DNA of 64,000 bases from Symbiobacteriaceae bacterium. GTDB lineage: Bacteria; Bacillota; Sulfobacillia; Symbiobacteriales; Symbiobacteriaceae. The notes beneath the pieces were generated by a model. That model ran no database searches. It saw nothing but the letters and a program-made list of their open reading frames with translations, and was not told where the DNA came from. Both the position numbers and the translations under genes were made by a program. The stretch lies in assembly GCA_029239785.1 (NCBI GenBank), contig JARBUG010000010.1:287-64286 (forward strand), given 5' to 3'. Each line of letters opens with the position of its first letter. Within the stretch, counting starts at the first letter, position 1. Below, piece by piece: positions 8,838 to 17,628 of this stretch.

Positions 8838-10157
8838 TTGATCGTAGAGATGAATCGTGAGCGGCTGGCCGCCGTGAAGAATGAACAACTGCGTGCCCAT
8901 GCGGAAACCTACGTGGAGATCTACGAAGAGTTCCTGGAGGCCGTGAAGGGGTATGGACTTGACTTTGATCCGGTCAGCTGCGAAGCCGAGGTTGCGGCAC
9001 GTCGGCAGTCTCTGCGCGCCAAGGGCGCCATCTTCCGCAACAACGACCACTCCATTTACACCGGTCGGATTTCGCCGGCCTGTGAGGCGTGCCAGAAAGG
9101 CGTTGGCAGCCTGACGTTTTATGTATCGCTGAAGTGCCACCGGAAGTGTTTTTACTGCTTCAACCATAACCAGGAAGACTACCAACTGCATACCGAGACG
9201 AAGCGGGATGTGGTTGCTGAGGTAGATGAATTTGCCGCCACGGGGCTGGGACTGAGCCACGTCGCGCTGACGGGCGGCGAGCCCCTGCTCTATCCGCAGG
9301 AGACGATGGATTTCTTCGCGGCGGCGGGTCAGCGGTTCCCGGGCGTCCATACGCGGCTCTATACGTCGGGCGACCAGATCGACCGGGAGATGCTGAGCCG
9401 GCTCAAGGAGTCGGGGCTGCAGGAGATTCGCTTCAGCGTGCGGGCCCACGACGGCGAGAAGGGCCGCCGGCATACGTACGAACGGATCGCCCTGGCCCGC
9501 GAGTACATCCCGCAGGTGATGGTCGAAATGCCGGTGCTGCCGGGCACGCAGGAGATCATGAAGGAAGTGCTGCGTGAGTTGGACCGGCTCGGGGTCTTTG
9601 GAATCAACCTGCTGGAGTTCTGCTACCCCCTATTTAACGCCGATGAGTACCAGGCGCGGGGATACCAGGTCAAGCAGCAGCCCTATGCGACGCTGTATGA
9701 TTATTGGTACGCCGGTGGCCTGCCGGTGTCGCGCAGCGAGCTGGAGTGCCTGGAACTGATGGAGTGGGCCCTGGATGAAGGGCTTTGCATCGGCATCCAT
9801 TACTGCTCGCTGGAGAATAAGCACACCGGCCAGATCTTTCAGCAGAACTACGGCCAGAAGCTCTCGCCGGTCGTGCACTTCTCAGAGCGGGATTACTTCT
9901 ACAAGACCGCCAAGGTCTTCGGCAAGGACGTAATGCCCGTGTACAAGGCCCTGTCCAAGGCCGGCCGGGGCGGGTATGTTGTGAGCGAAGGCTTCATCGA
10001 GTTCAACCCGCTGTTCATCGGGCGGCTCAAGGACCTGGATGTGGAGGTCGGCATTTGCACCCAGGTGGCCGAGCAGCGGGAAGACGGGCTGGTGCTCCGG
10101 GAGCTGAAGGTCGGGGTGACGACGCCCCGGACCTTTGAGCCGGACCGGGACCTGTAA
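8838..10157 (+). CDS. Radical SAM domain protein, function unknown
   Basis: CHRKCFYC (CxxxCxxC) and LTGGEPLL motifs. Start is TTG 8838 (or ATG 8850). It lies 23 nt after the chaperone gene. Confidence 0.8.
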   Translation: MIVEMNRERLAAVKNEQLRAHAETYVEIYEEFLEAVKGYGLDFDPVSCEAEVAARRQSLRAKGAIFRNNDHSIYTGRISPACEACQKGVGSLTFYVSLKCHRKCFYCFNHNQEDYQLHTETKRDVVAEVDEFAATGLGLSHVALTGGEPLLYPQETMDFFAAAGQRFPGVHTRLYTSGDQIDREMLSRLKESGLQEIRFSVRAHDGEKGRRHTYERIALAREYIPQVMVEMPVLPGTQEIMKEVLRELDRLGVFGINLLEFCYPLFNADEYQARGYQVKQQPYATLYDYWYAGGLPVSRSELECLELMEWALDEGLCIGIHYCSLENKHTGQIFQQNYGQKLSPVVHFSERDYFYKTAKVFGKDVMPVYKALSKAGRGGYVVSEGFIEFNPLFIGRLKDLDVEVGICTQVAEQREDGLVLRELKVGVTTPRTFEPDRDL

Positions 10158-10168
10158 GAGATAAGCGT

Positions 10169-10199
10169 AACCGGGAGGAGATTATCCTCCCGGTTTTAT
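10169..10199 (+). terminator. Intrinsic terminator of the Mo-enzyme operon
   Basis: AACCGGGAGG-agattat-CCTCCCGGTT followed by TTATC. Confidence 0.7.
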
Positions 10200-10213
10200 C
10201 ATAGTAAACTATC

Positions 10214-10242
10214 TTGATTTTATTATTATTAGTGACATAATA
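10214..10242 (+). promoter_or_regulatory. SigA-type promoter
   Basis: TTGATT, 16-17 nt spacer, CATAAT(A), in an AT-rich island upstream of the CPBP gene. Confidence 0.45.
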
Positions 10243-10290
10243 ATCGCAGGATGATACAAGTCCCTATCAAATGGAAAGAAGGCGCGTCCC

Positions 10291-11034
10291 GTGGAACAGA
10301 GGAAGGGTTCACACCCGGCCGCAGGCAGGCTGGCCCCGTTCATCGACCGGCGCCCCGTGGTTTCAGCCCTATTTGTGCTGATCGCATTCTTGATTGTTTC
10401 TTTCCTGTTCGGTATCGGTGCCGAGGCGCTGCTCCCCCAGTACCAACCTGAGTTTGTCGCCGTGATCGGGCTGACGGTGGTCGTGCTCGGGGCGCTGGCC
10501 GCCCTGCGCTGGTGGCGGGAGACCGGCTTCAACGCCCCCGCCCGTTGGCGAGACGCCCATCTCCTGTTGGTGCCCGCCATCATCGTGGCGGTCCTGCCCT
10601 TTCTCAGGGGCTTCAAAGGCCAGAACACCGGCATGTTCGTCTATCTGCTGGCTGCCTACGCACTGACCGGCATCATGGAAGAAGGACTCTTCCGGGGCAT
10701 TGTCATGCGAATCCTGCGCCCAACCGGCGTCGCGCGGTCCGTGTGGATTTCGGCTCTCCTCTTCAGCTTTGCGCATGTCGGCAATATGCTGTACCGTAAC
10801 CCGGTCATTGTGCTGTCGCAGATGGTCGGAGCGTTTGTGTTTGGCATCGGCGCGGCGGCCATCCGCCTGCGTACCAATACCATTTGGTTCATGGTCGTAC
10901 TTCACGCTGTTCATGACCTGGCGCTGCAGTACTCCAACTTCCCTCTGATTCCCCTGGATGTGGCGCAGGTAACGCTGCTGATGCTCTACGGGCTCTACCT
11001 GCTCAGGGCCAAGGAGCGCCTGACGACTGACTAA
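10291..11034 (+). CDS. CPBP (CAAX/Abi) family intramembrane metalloprotease
   Basis: Motifs EEGLFRG, FSFAHV and HAVHD in a polytopic protein. Confidence 0.8.
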   Translation: MEQRKGSHPAAGRLAPFIDRRPVVSALFVLIAFLIVSFLFGIGAEALLPQYQPEFVAVIGLTVVVLGALAALRWWRETGFNAPARWRDAHLLLVPAIIVAVLPFLRGFKGQNTGMFVYLLAAYALTGIMEEGLFRGIVMRILRPTGVARSVWISALLFSFAHVGNMLYRNPVIVLSQMVGAFVFGIGAAAIRLRTNTIWFMVVLHAVHDLALQYSNFPLIPLDVAQVTLLMLYGLYLLRAKERLTTD

Positions 11035-11041
11035 GATTTCG

Positions 11042-11080
11042 GGAGGGGCCACCGGTTTGGTGGCCCCTCCTGCCATCTTT
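11042..11080 (+). terminator. Intrinsic terminator
   Basis: 12-bp stem GGAGGGGCCACC / GGTGGCCCCTCC, then a T-containing tail. Confidence 0.6.
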
Positions 11081-11144
11081 ACATCCACCAGCAGGTTCAG
11101 TAGCATGAGAATTGTTTGACGGCCAACCACCGGAGGAACTCCAC

Positions 11145-11948
11145 ATGCGGCCCTACCTGACACTCTTCCGCATCCAACTGCTGGCGCTGCTCCAGTACCG
11201 GGCGGCGGCCCTGGCCAAACTGGGTCCCCCCCTCTTCGTCGGTCTGGTGCAGGTAATGTTCTTCACGGCCTTCTACCGCGGGCGCAGCGCCGGCCTGCCG
11301 ATGAGCTTATCGCAAACGATAACCTATTGCTGGATCGTCCAACTGCTGGTCTCCATCCAGCCGTGGACCGGCGATCCGGAGGTTTTGCGCGTCATTCGCA
11401 CGGGCCAGATCGCCTACGAACTCTGCCGGCCCATGGACCTCTATTTCCACTGGTTCAGCCGCCTGGCAGCCCGGCGGCTGGTGCCGCTGGTGACCAGTTC
11501 GATTCCGCTGGGGCTGATCGCCGCCTTCCTGACGCCGGCGGAGTACCGGCTGGGCGGTCCGGCATCGGTCGGGGCGGCCGTGGCCTGTGGCGTTGCCCTG
11601 GTCGGTGCGGTGCTGATGAGTGCAGCGCTTTCCAACATCCTCGGCATCATCACGGTCTGGACGATTTCGGGCGAGGGGATTTACTTCCTGGCACCGGTCA
11701 TCTTCGTGGTGCTGTCGGGGGCTGCGGTACCGCTGCCCCTTTTCCCACGGGCCCTGCAGGGGGTCATACAGTTCCTGCCCTTCCGGGGCCTGCTCGATAC
11801 GCCGGCCCAGGCCTACCTGGGGCTGGCAGCGCCGGGGCAGGTGGCGCTTCTGGTCGGTATCCAGTTGCTTTGGACGGTGGGGTTTGTACTGGTCGGGCGG
11901 TTGTTGCTGGCCCGGGCGCTGCGGTCGGCGACGATCCAGGGGGGCTGA
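11145..11948 (+). CDS. ABC-2-type transporter permease (putative)
   Basis: ATG 11145 after GGAGGAA. Polytopic protein resembling uncharacterised ABC-2 permease families; not verifiable here. Confidence 0.6.
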   Translation: MRPYLTLFRIQLLALLQYRAAALAKLGPPLFVGLVQVMFFTAFYRGRSAGLPMSLSQTITYCWIVQLLVSIQPWTGDPEVLRVIRTGQIAYELCRPMDLYFHWFSRLAARRLVPLVTSSIPLGLIAAFLTPAEYRLGGPASVGAAVACGVALVGAVLMSAALSNILGIITVWTISGEGIYFLAPVIFVVLSGAAVPLPLFPRALQGVIQFLPFRGLLDTPAQAYLGLAAPGQVALLVGIQLLWTVGFVLVGRLLLARALRSATIQGG

Positions 11949-11952
11949 TTAC

Positions 11953-12753
11953 ATGGATGATCTGCGGCTCTATCTGCGGTATGTGCGGGCCTATGCGGCG
12001 GGGCTGATGGCGTACCGGATCGCCCTGTTCGCCCGGCTGGCTGCGTATCTGGCAGGGGCCTTGCTCGAAGTGGTCGCCATTTGGGTGCTCTTCTCGCAGT
12101 TCGGCACGCTCGGCACCTGGACGATGACCGAAACGCTGCTCCTCTTTTCAGTGGCGAGCATGTCGTTTGGGCTGGCGGAGTGGTTCGCACGGGGCTTTGA
12201 TAAGTTCCCACCCTATGTGGCGTCCGGCGAGTTTGATGTGATGCTTTGCCGGCCCCGGTCGACGGTGCTTCAGGTGCTTGGCACCCGGTTCGAAATGGCC
12301 AAGGCCGGGCGGGTGGCCCAGGGCGCCCTGCTGGCCGCCTGGTGCCTGGGCGCACTCGGCGCCGTGATGACGCCGGCCAAGGCGATGCTGCTGGTGCTGG
12401 CCGTCATCGGGGGGGCATGTGTCTATGCGGGCGTCTTCATCATCTTTGCGGCGTTCTCGTTCTGGACGGTGCAGAGCGTGGAGTTAGCCTATGTGCTGAC
12501 CAACAACACGCTGGAGATGTTCCAATACCCGGTTGAGATCTACGGGAAGTGGCTGCGGCGCTTCTTTACGTTTGTGGTGCCGCTGGCGTGCATTACCTAC
12601 TACCCGATGGTGGCGATTCTGGAGAAGCCGGATTTGACCGGCATGCCGGGCTGGTTCCCCTGGGCGGCCCCGGGGGTGGGGCCGCTCTTCCTGGCAGGGG
12701 CGCTGGCGTTCTGGCACTACGGGGTGCGGCATTATCAGTCGACGGGGAGTTGA
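11953..12753 (+). CDS. ABC-2-type transporter permease (putative, second subunit)
   Basis: The ORF-track start (11620) overlaps the upstream gene. ATG 11953 (MDDLRLYLRYV) gives a polytopic protein. Confidence 0.6.
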   Translation: MDDLRLYLRYVRAYAAGLMAYRIALFARLAAYLAGALLEVVAIWVLFSQFGTLGTWTMTETLLLFSVASMSFGLAEWFARGFDKFPPYVASGEFDVMLCRPRSTVLQVLGTRFEMAKAGRVAQGALLAAWCLGALGAVMTPAKAMLLVLAVIGGACVYAGVFIIFAAFSFWTVQSVELAYVLTNNTLEMFQYPVEIYGKWLRRFFTFVVPLACITYYPMVAILEKPDLTGMPGWFPWAAPGVGPLFLAGALAFWHYGVRHYQSTGS

Positions 12754-12758
12754 GTGGC

Positions 12759-13274
12759 GTGGTGACGATTCGGGCGTTGGAGGCTGATGATGCCGCTGCC
12801 TACCTTGCCTGGCGAGGCGGGGATGTATATAAGAATGATGTCGTTGGCCGGGAGTTGGCGGAGCATACAGCGGGCAACCGTGTGATCTTCGTCGCCGTGG
12901 ATGACGGAGCGGCCGATGAAGTTCAGTTCGTGGGCACGGTGCAATTGGTTTTTGCGCACGCCGACCCTGAGTTAGGCGATGGGGCCGGTGTGGCCTATGT
13001 GATGGCCCTGTGGGTGCAGGAGAACCTCCGTGGGCGCGGCATTGGGGCCGGCCTGATGTCGGCGACCGAAACGGAGGCGGTCCGGCGGGGGTGCCGGCGG
13101 CTGACGTTGATGGTGGAGCCAGAGAACGCCGTGGCACTTGCGATGTATGAAAAGCTTGGGTACGTTGTTTTCAAGAAGTCGGTCTGGGTGTGGCGCGGGA
13201 AGGAGCGCCGGACGCTCTGCATGGGGAAACGAATTGGCGAAGCCAGACAGGTCCACCTAGCAAACCAACACTAA
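12759..13274 (+). CDS. GNAT family N-acetyltransferase
   Basis: GTG 12759 after GGGGAG. Motif A-like LRGRGIGAGLM and a C-terminal YEKLGY. Confidence 0.75.
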   Translation: MVTIRALEADDAAAYLAWRGGDVYKNDVVGRELAEHTAGNRVIFVAVDDGAADEVQFVGTVQLVFAHADPELGDGAGVAYVMALWVQENLRGRGIGAGLMSATETEAVRRGCRRLTLMVEPENAVALAMYEKLGYVVFKKSVWVWRGKERRTLCMGKRIGEARQVHLANQH

Positions 13275-13534
13275 AAGTTCGCTTAAACCACACTGTAACT
13301 GCATGTTATGCCGTTTACCAGCCCGGCCCCTGGGGTCAGTGAGTTCGGCGACCTGACTGCCAATTGGCAGGACAAGCTCGATCTGACGATCGGGGAGAAG
13401 ACGATCAAGGTTGCTGATTCTGGCGATGCGCTGTGGCTTGTGGCCCGCATTGTGGCCGAGGGCCAGGGTCGCCGGCGCTGGTCGTTCCCTGGGGCCCGGT
13501 GGCGCAGAACGCTTAGGAAAATAGTCAGGAGGAC

Positions 13535-13562
13535 CTCAGCGCCAACGCTGAGAACTTTTTTC
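13535..13562 (+). terminator. Intrinsic terminator
   Basis: CTCAGCG-ccaa-CGCTGAG followed by AACTTTTTT. Confidence 0.6.
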
Positions 13563-13623
13563 GGTTGGCCCACAGAAGGAGCATCCGGCCAGCCGGGCGA
13601 ATTCCCTTATATTTCCATTCGAG

Positions 13624-14613
13624 GTGAGCGACATAGATGTGAAGGTGCCCGGTGCGTTGCTCCTGGAACAGTCTCTGACTCCATCGGCCAAACTCCTCTG
13701 GATGGTGCTCCAAACCTCCCACCAGAAAGAACCGACCCGCCTGCTCTCACGATCCGGTCTGTCTCGCCAGTCGGTGCTGCGAGGGCTTGCGCAACTGAGG
13801 GCATCGGGCTGGGGCGGGCCGACTGGCGCCACCTATTCAGGATGTGCGGTGGTTCCGGTTGATCTCATTGGCGACCGGCGGGTACGTGCACAGGGAAAGT
13901 TGGTCTACGCCCATCTCGCGCTGGAGTCCGGGGGTGGCCCCGGGGAGTTCACCTACCCTGATCTTGCTCTCAGCACCGGACGCGGCCCAAACACCCTGAA
14001 GCGCGCGATCGGCGACTTGCGCGCTCATGGATGGATACAGACCGTGCAGACGCATCGGACCGGTCCCACCAGGTTTGCTCTGCGCAATCCGACGGCCGAG
14101 CGGCAAGCATCGGAGGTCGCAATGGTCAAACGCCGCGTTGAGAAAGCAGAGAATGTCGGCGAACAGATCATGCGCGAGTTCCTCTCGCTGCTGGTCGATA
14201 GTGATGAGTATGAGGACGAATCGGCCCCGGGGTTTCTGGTCAATCCGCTCAGCGGCGAGCTGTTGCGCTACGACCGCTACTACCCGCCTCGGGTTGGGGT
14301 GGAGTTCAACGGCCCGCAGCACTATGGCCCGACGGACCGCTATCCTGATCCGCAACAGGCCGCCCAGCAGCAAGCTCGTGACTATATGAAGATCGGCTTG
14401 AGCGTGCGCAAAGGCATGGCTGTCGTGGTTGTGCACGCCGAGGACTTGTCGCTGGCGGGTATGCGGGCGAAGGTGGAGGGCCTGCTCCCGCTGCGGAATC
14501 TGAAGAACCACGGGCAGCTGGCGGAGTACCTGGAGAAGGTCGGGCGCCGGTATCGGGCGAAGGTGGCCAGGGAAGGGCGGCTGGCGACCGAGAGACAGCA
14601 ACGGACCAGTTGA
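13624..14613 (+). CDS. wHTH protein with C-terminal Vsr/DUF559-like (PD-(D/E)XK-type) nuclease domain (putative)
   Basis: 329 aa. The C-terminal block NPLSGELLRYDRYYPPRVGVEFNGPQH resembles the D...ExDGxxH core of Vsr/DUF559 enzymes. A paralog lies at 61756..62711. Confidence 0.6.
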   Translation: MSDIDVKVPGALLLEQSLTPSAKLLWMVLQTSHQKEPTRLLSRSGLSRQSVLRGLAQLRASGWGGPTGATYSGCAVVPVDLIGDRRVRAQGKLVYAHLALESGGGPGEFTYPDLALSTGRGPNTLKRAIGDLRAHGWIQTVQTHRTGPTRFALRNPTAERQASEVAMVKRRVEKAENVGEQIMREFLSLLVDSDEYEDESAPGFLVNPLSGELLRYDRYYPPRVGVEFNGPQHYGPTDRYPDPQQAAQQQARDYMKIGLSVRKGMAVVVVHAEDLSLAGMRAKVEGLLPLRNLKNHGQLAEYLEKVGRRYRAKVAREGRLATERQQRTS

Positions 14614-14619
14614 GGTAAC

Positions 14620-14658
14620 GGGCATGCGTCCCAGGGGGATGCATGCCCGCTTTTGTTG
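14620..14658 (+). terminator. Intrinsic terminator
   Basis: GGGCATGC-13 nt-GCATGCCC followed by GCTTTTGTTG. Confidence 0.75.
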
Positions 14659-14663
14659 ACTCC

Positions 14664-14857
14664 GTCCGATTTGGAATGGTGGGGCGTCGGTGGAGGTTTC
14701 CAAATCAGACGCAAACGGGCCTTACGGACGCATCTATGGGGGTCATTGACCCAGGTTCGGCGGTTTTCGGGCCCGAGGCGGAGCAAAAACGCCGTCTCAC
14801 GAGACGTAGCGTCCGATATGGAATGGATCGGTCTCCCTGAGGTATTCCAAAGTGGAC
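14664..14857. repeat. Two related hairpins (GTCCGAT-TGGAA stems)
   Basis: GTCCGATTTGGAA / TTCCAAATCAGAC (14664..14710) and GTCCGATATGGAAT / ATTCCAAAGTGGAC (14811..14857). Confidence 0.6.
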
Positions 14858-14871
14858 GTAGCCCGTGGCGT

Positions 14872-14910
14872 CAGAAGACCGCCGGCCCCTGAGGTGGGTC
14901 CGGCGGTCTT
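14872..14910 (-). terminator. Hairpin downstream of pheT
   Basis: 11-bp stem AAGACCGCCGG / CCGGCGGTCTT with a weak U-tract. Confidence 0.45.
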
Positions 14911-14941
14911 GGCAGCGGGGGCCGGGGGCCACGGGGCCGGC

Positions 14942-17608
14942 CTACGACCTGAGCTCGGCGCCCAGCGCCTGGAGCGCTTCCCGCACCCGGCCGTGGGCCG
15001 CCTCGATATCGGCGTCGGTCAGGGTCCGCTCCAGCGACCGGTAGGTAATCCGGTAGGCCAACGACCGGTGCCCGGCCTTCACATGCTCGCCCTGGTACAG
15101 GTCGAAGAGCGCCACCGACTCGACCAGCGCCCCGCCCGCAGATGCGATCGTCTCCGCCACCCGGGCTGCCGGGAGCTCATCAGCCACGATCAGCGCCACG
15201 TCACGGGTGACCGCCGGGAACCGGGGCACGGGGCGGTAGGCCTTCTGGGCCCGGGCCGCGGCCACCAGGGGCTCGAAGTCAATCTCGGCCACGTAGGTCC
15301 GGTTCGGCAGGTCCCAGGCCGCCTGGGCGTTCGGATGGAGCTCTCCAAACACGCCCACGGAAACCCCGCCCACCAGCAACGCCGCCTGGCGCCCGGGGTG
15401 CAGGGCCGGGTGCGAGGAACGCGCCACCGACCAGCCCTCGACGGCCATGGCATCCAGCAGGCGCTCAACCACGCCTTTCAGTACGAAGTAATCGACCGGC
15501 TGCGCCTGCGCATTCCAGCCAGCGGGCGACCAGTTGCCCGCCATGGCAACGCCAAGGCGCAGGGGCTCGTCGGGCAGGGTCTGCCCCTCCCGGGGCAGGT
15601 AGACGTGGCCCAGTTCGAAGATGGCCAGATCCTTCATCTGCCGGTTGGCGTTGTGCGCCACCGCATCGAGCAGGGTGGGCAGCAGCGTCGTCCGCAGAAT
15701 CGACCGGTCCTCGTACAGGGGGTTGGCGATGGAGAGCGCCCGACTCTCCGGCGCGTCTTCAGGCAGGCCCAGCCGCTCGAAACCCTTGGGCGTGGTCAGC
15801 CCGTGCAGCATCACTTCATCCAGGCCGGCGCCGGCCAGGGTCCGGCGGGCTTCCAGCACCCGGCGGGCCAGGGGCGACCGCCCGCCCGGCGACGAAGGCA
15901 GCATGGCCAGTTCGGTGGGAATGGCATCGTAGCCTTCCGACCGGGCAATCTCCTCGATCAGGTCGACTTCAATGGCGATATCAAGCCGGCGGGTGGGCAC
16001 CACGACGACCAGGGCCTCCTCCTCGCCGACCTCCTCCAGCCGGGCGCCGGCCTTTTCGACCTCGGCCCAGGCCGCATCAGCCCAGCGGTCGTAGGCCAGC
16101 CCCTCCCCCGGCACCAGCCGGGCAAAGGCCGGGCCGCCCGGGCCCTCGTCGGCCAGCTTCTTGAGCGGCACCGGCGATACCTGGTGCATCGCCGTCCAGA
16201 CCCGACGCCCGCCCAGGTCGTCGCCTTCTTCCTCCTCGATCTCGGGGCGCCCGGCGGCCACGTCCGTCGCCAGGTCGACCGGGGCCAGCACGGCCATCCC
16301 CAGCCGCTCCAAATGTGCAGTCATATGGTCGGCCGAAAGGTTCATGCCCAGGTGCGCATTCACCTTCGCCGTCCGCAGTACGATCACAGCCGGCACATCG
16401 GGCCGGGGGTACTCGTCCACATGGCCCTGCATCACGCTGCCGCCGGCCAGAGCCGCAATCAGTTGCGCCGCCCGGTCGGCCGCCCGCACGGCACCGCTGG
16501 GATCCACACCCTTGGTGAAGCGCCGGGCAGCCTCGCTGGGCAGGTTGTAGCGCAGCGCCGTCCGCCGGTTGTTGATGTTGTCGAAGTGCGCCGACTCAAT
16601 CAGGATGTCGGTGGTGGCGTCTGTCACTTCCGACTCCAGCCCGCCCATGACGCCCGCCAGCGCCACCGGCCCTTCGCCGTCGGCGATGACCAGTACGTCC
16701 GGATCAAGCGTCCGCTTCTGTCCGTCGAGCGTGGTGAACTCCTCGCCCGGCGTCGCCCGCCGCACAATGACCTGCCGGCCGCGAATCTTGCTGTAGTCAA
16801 AGTGGTGAAGCGGCTGGCCCAACTCCATCATCACGAAATTCGAGATATCGACGATGTTACTGATGGGCCGCATGCCCGCAGCCCGCACCCGGGCCTGGAG
16901 CCAGAGCGGCGAGGGACCAACCTTGACGCCCCGCACGATGCGGGCCGCATACCGCGAGCAGAGCTCGGGGCTATCGATGCGGATGGAGATCATGTCGGCG
17001 GCGTTGGTGTTGACCTGATTTTCGGTGTAGTACTCAGGCAGGTTGACCGACGTGCCGAGAATGGCTGCGACCTCCTGCGCCACGCCGATCATCGACTGGG
17101 CGTGGGAGGCGTAGTTCGCCGTCAGGTCCAGCTCCAAAATCCAGTCGTTCATACCCAGCACTTCGGCCGCATCCATGCCCGGCTCCAAATCTTCAGGCGG
17201 CAGAATCATGATGCCGTCGCCGTCGTCGCCCAGCTTCAACTCGGTCTCCGAGCAGAGCATGCCGTTGGACTCCAGTCCACGGAGCTTCTTTACTTCCATC
17301 GTCATGCCAGGTATACGAGAACCCGCAATCGCGGCCGGCACAACAGCCCCTTCGAACACATTCTGGGCGCCCGTCAGAATCTGCAGGACCCGGCCCCCGC
17401 CCACATCCACCTGGCAGACCCAGAGGGTATCGGCATTCGGATGCTTCTCCATCGAAACAACCTTGCCGATGACGACACCTTCGACGCCGGGGTTCAGGTA
17501 CTCCATCGTCTCAACGACCACGCCCCGGGAGGTGAGCGCCTTGGCCAGCTCCTGCGGGGAGAGGTCGAAATCGACATAATCCTTGAGCCAGTTATAGGAT
17601 ACACGCAT
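14942..17608 (-). CDS. pheT: Phenylalanine--tRNA ligase beta subunit
   Basis: MRVSYNWLKDYVDFDLSPQELAKALT N-terminus. ATG 17608 follows GGAGGAGG; the track start at 17644 is an upstream extension. Confidence 0.95.
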   Translation of the reverse strand: MRVSYNWLKDYVDFDLSPQELAKALTSRGVVVETMEYLNPGVEGVVIGKVVSMEKHPNADTLWVCQVDVGGGRVLQILTGAQNVFEGAVVPAAIAGSRIPGMTMEVKKLRGLESNGMLCSETELKLGDDGDGIMILPPEDLEPGMDAAEVLGMNDWILELDLTANYASHAQSMIGVAQEVAAILGTSVNLPEYYTENQVNTNAADMISIRIDSPELCSRYAARIVRGVKVGPSPLWLQARVRAAGMRPISNIVDISNFVMMELGQPLHHFDYSKIRGRQVIVRRATPGEEFTTLDGQKRTLDPDVLVIADGEGPVALAGVMGGLESEVTDATTDILIESAHFDNINNRRTALRYNLPSEAARRFTKGVDPSGAVRAADRAAQLIAALAGGSVMQGHVDEYPRPDVPAVIVLRTAKVNAHLGMNLSADHMTAHLERLGMAVLAPVDLATDVAAGRPEIEEEEGDDLGGRRVWTAMHQVSPVPLKKLADEGPGGPAFARLVPGEGLAYDRWADAAWAEVEKAGARLEEVGEEEALVVVVPTRRLDIAIEVDLIEEIARSEGYDAIPTELAMLPSSPGGRSPLARRVLEARRTLAGAGLDEVMLHGLTTPKGFERLGLPEDAPESRALSIANPLYEDRSILRTTLLPTLLDAVAHNANRQMKDLAIFELGHVYLPREGQTLPDEPLRLGVAMAGNWSPAGWNAQAQPVDYFVLKGVVERLLDAMAVEGWSVARSSHPALHPGRQAALLVGGVSVGVFGELHPNAQAAWDLPNRTYVAEIDFEPLVAAARAQKAYRPVPRFPAVTRDVALIVADELPAARVAETIASAGGALVESVALFDLYQGEHVKAGHRSLAYRITYRSLERTLTDADIEAAHGRVREALQALGAELRS

Positions 17609-17628
17609 GATTGATTGCCTCCTCCGTT

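Noticed and set aside
13308-13862. 184-aa ORF between the GNAT gene and the nuclease-like gene.
   Set aside because: It runs straight through an intrinsic terminator (13535..13562) and overlaps the well-supported start of 13624..14613. Only its first ~55 codons look coding-like, which may be a gene remnant.
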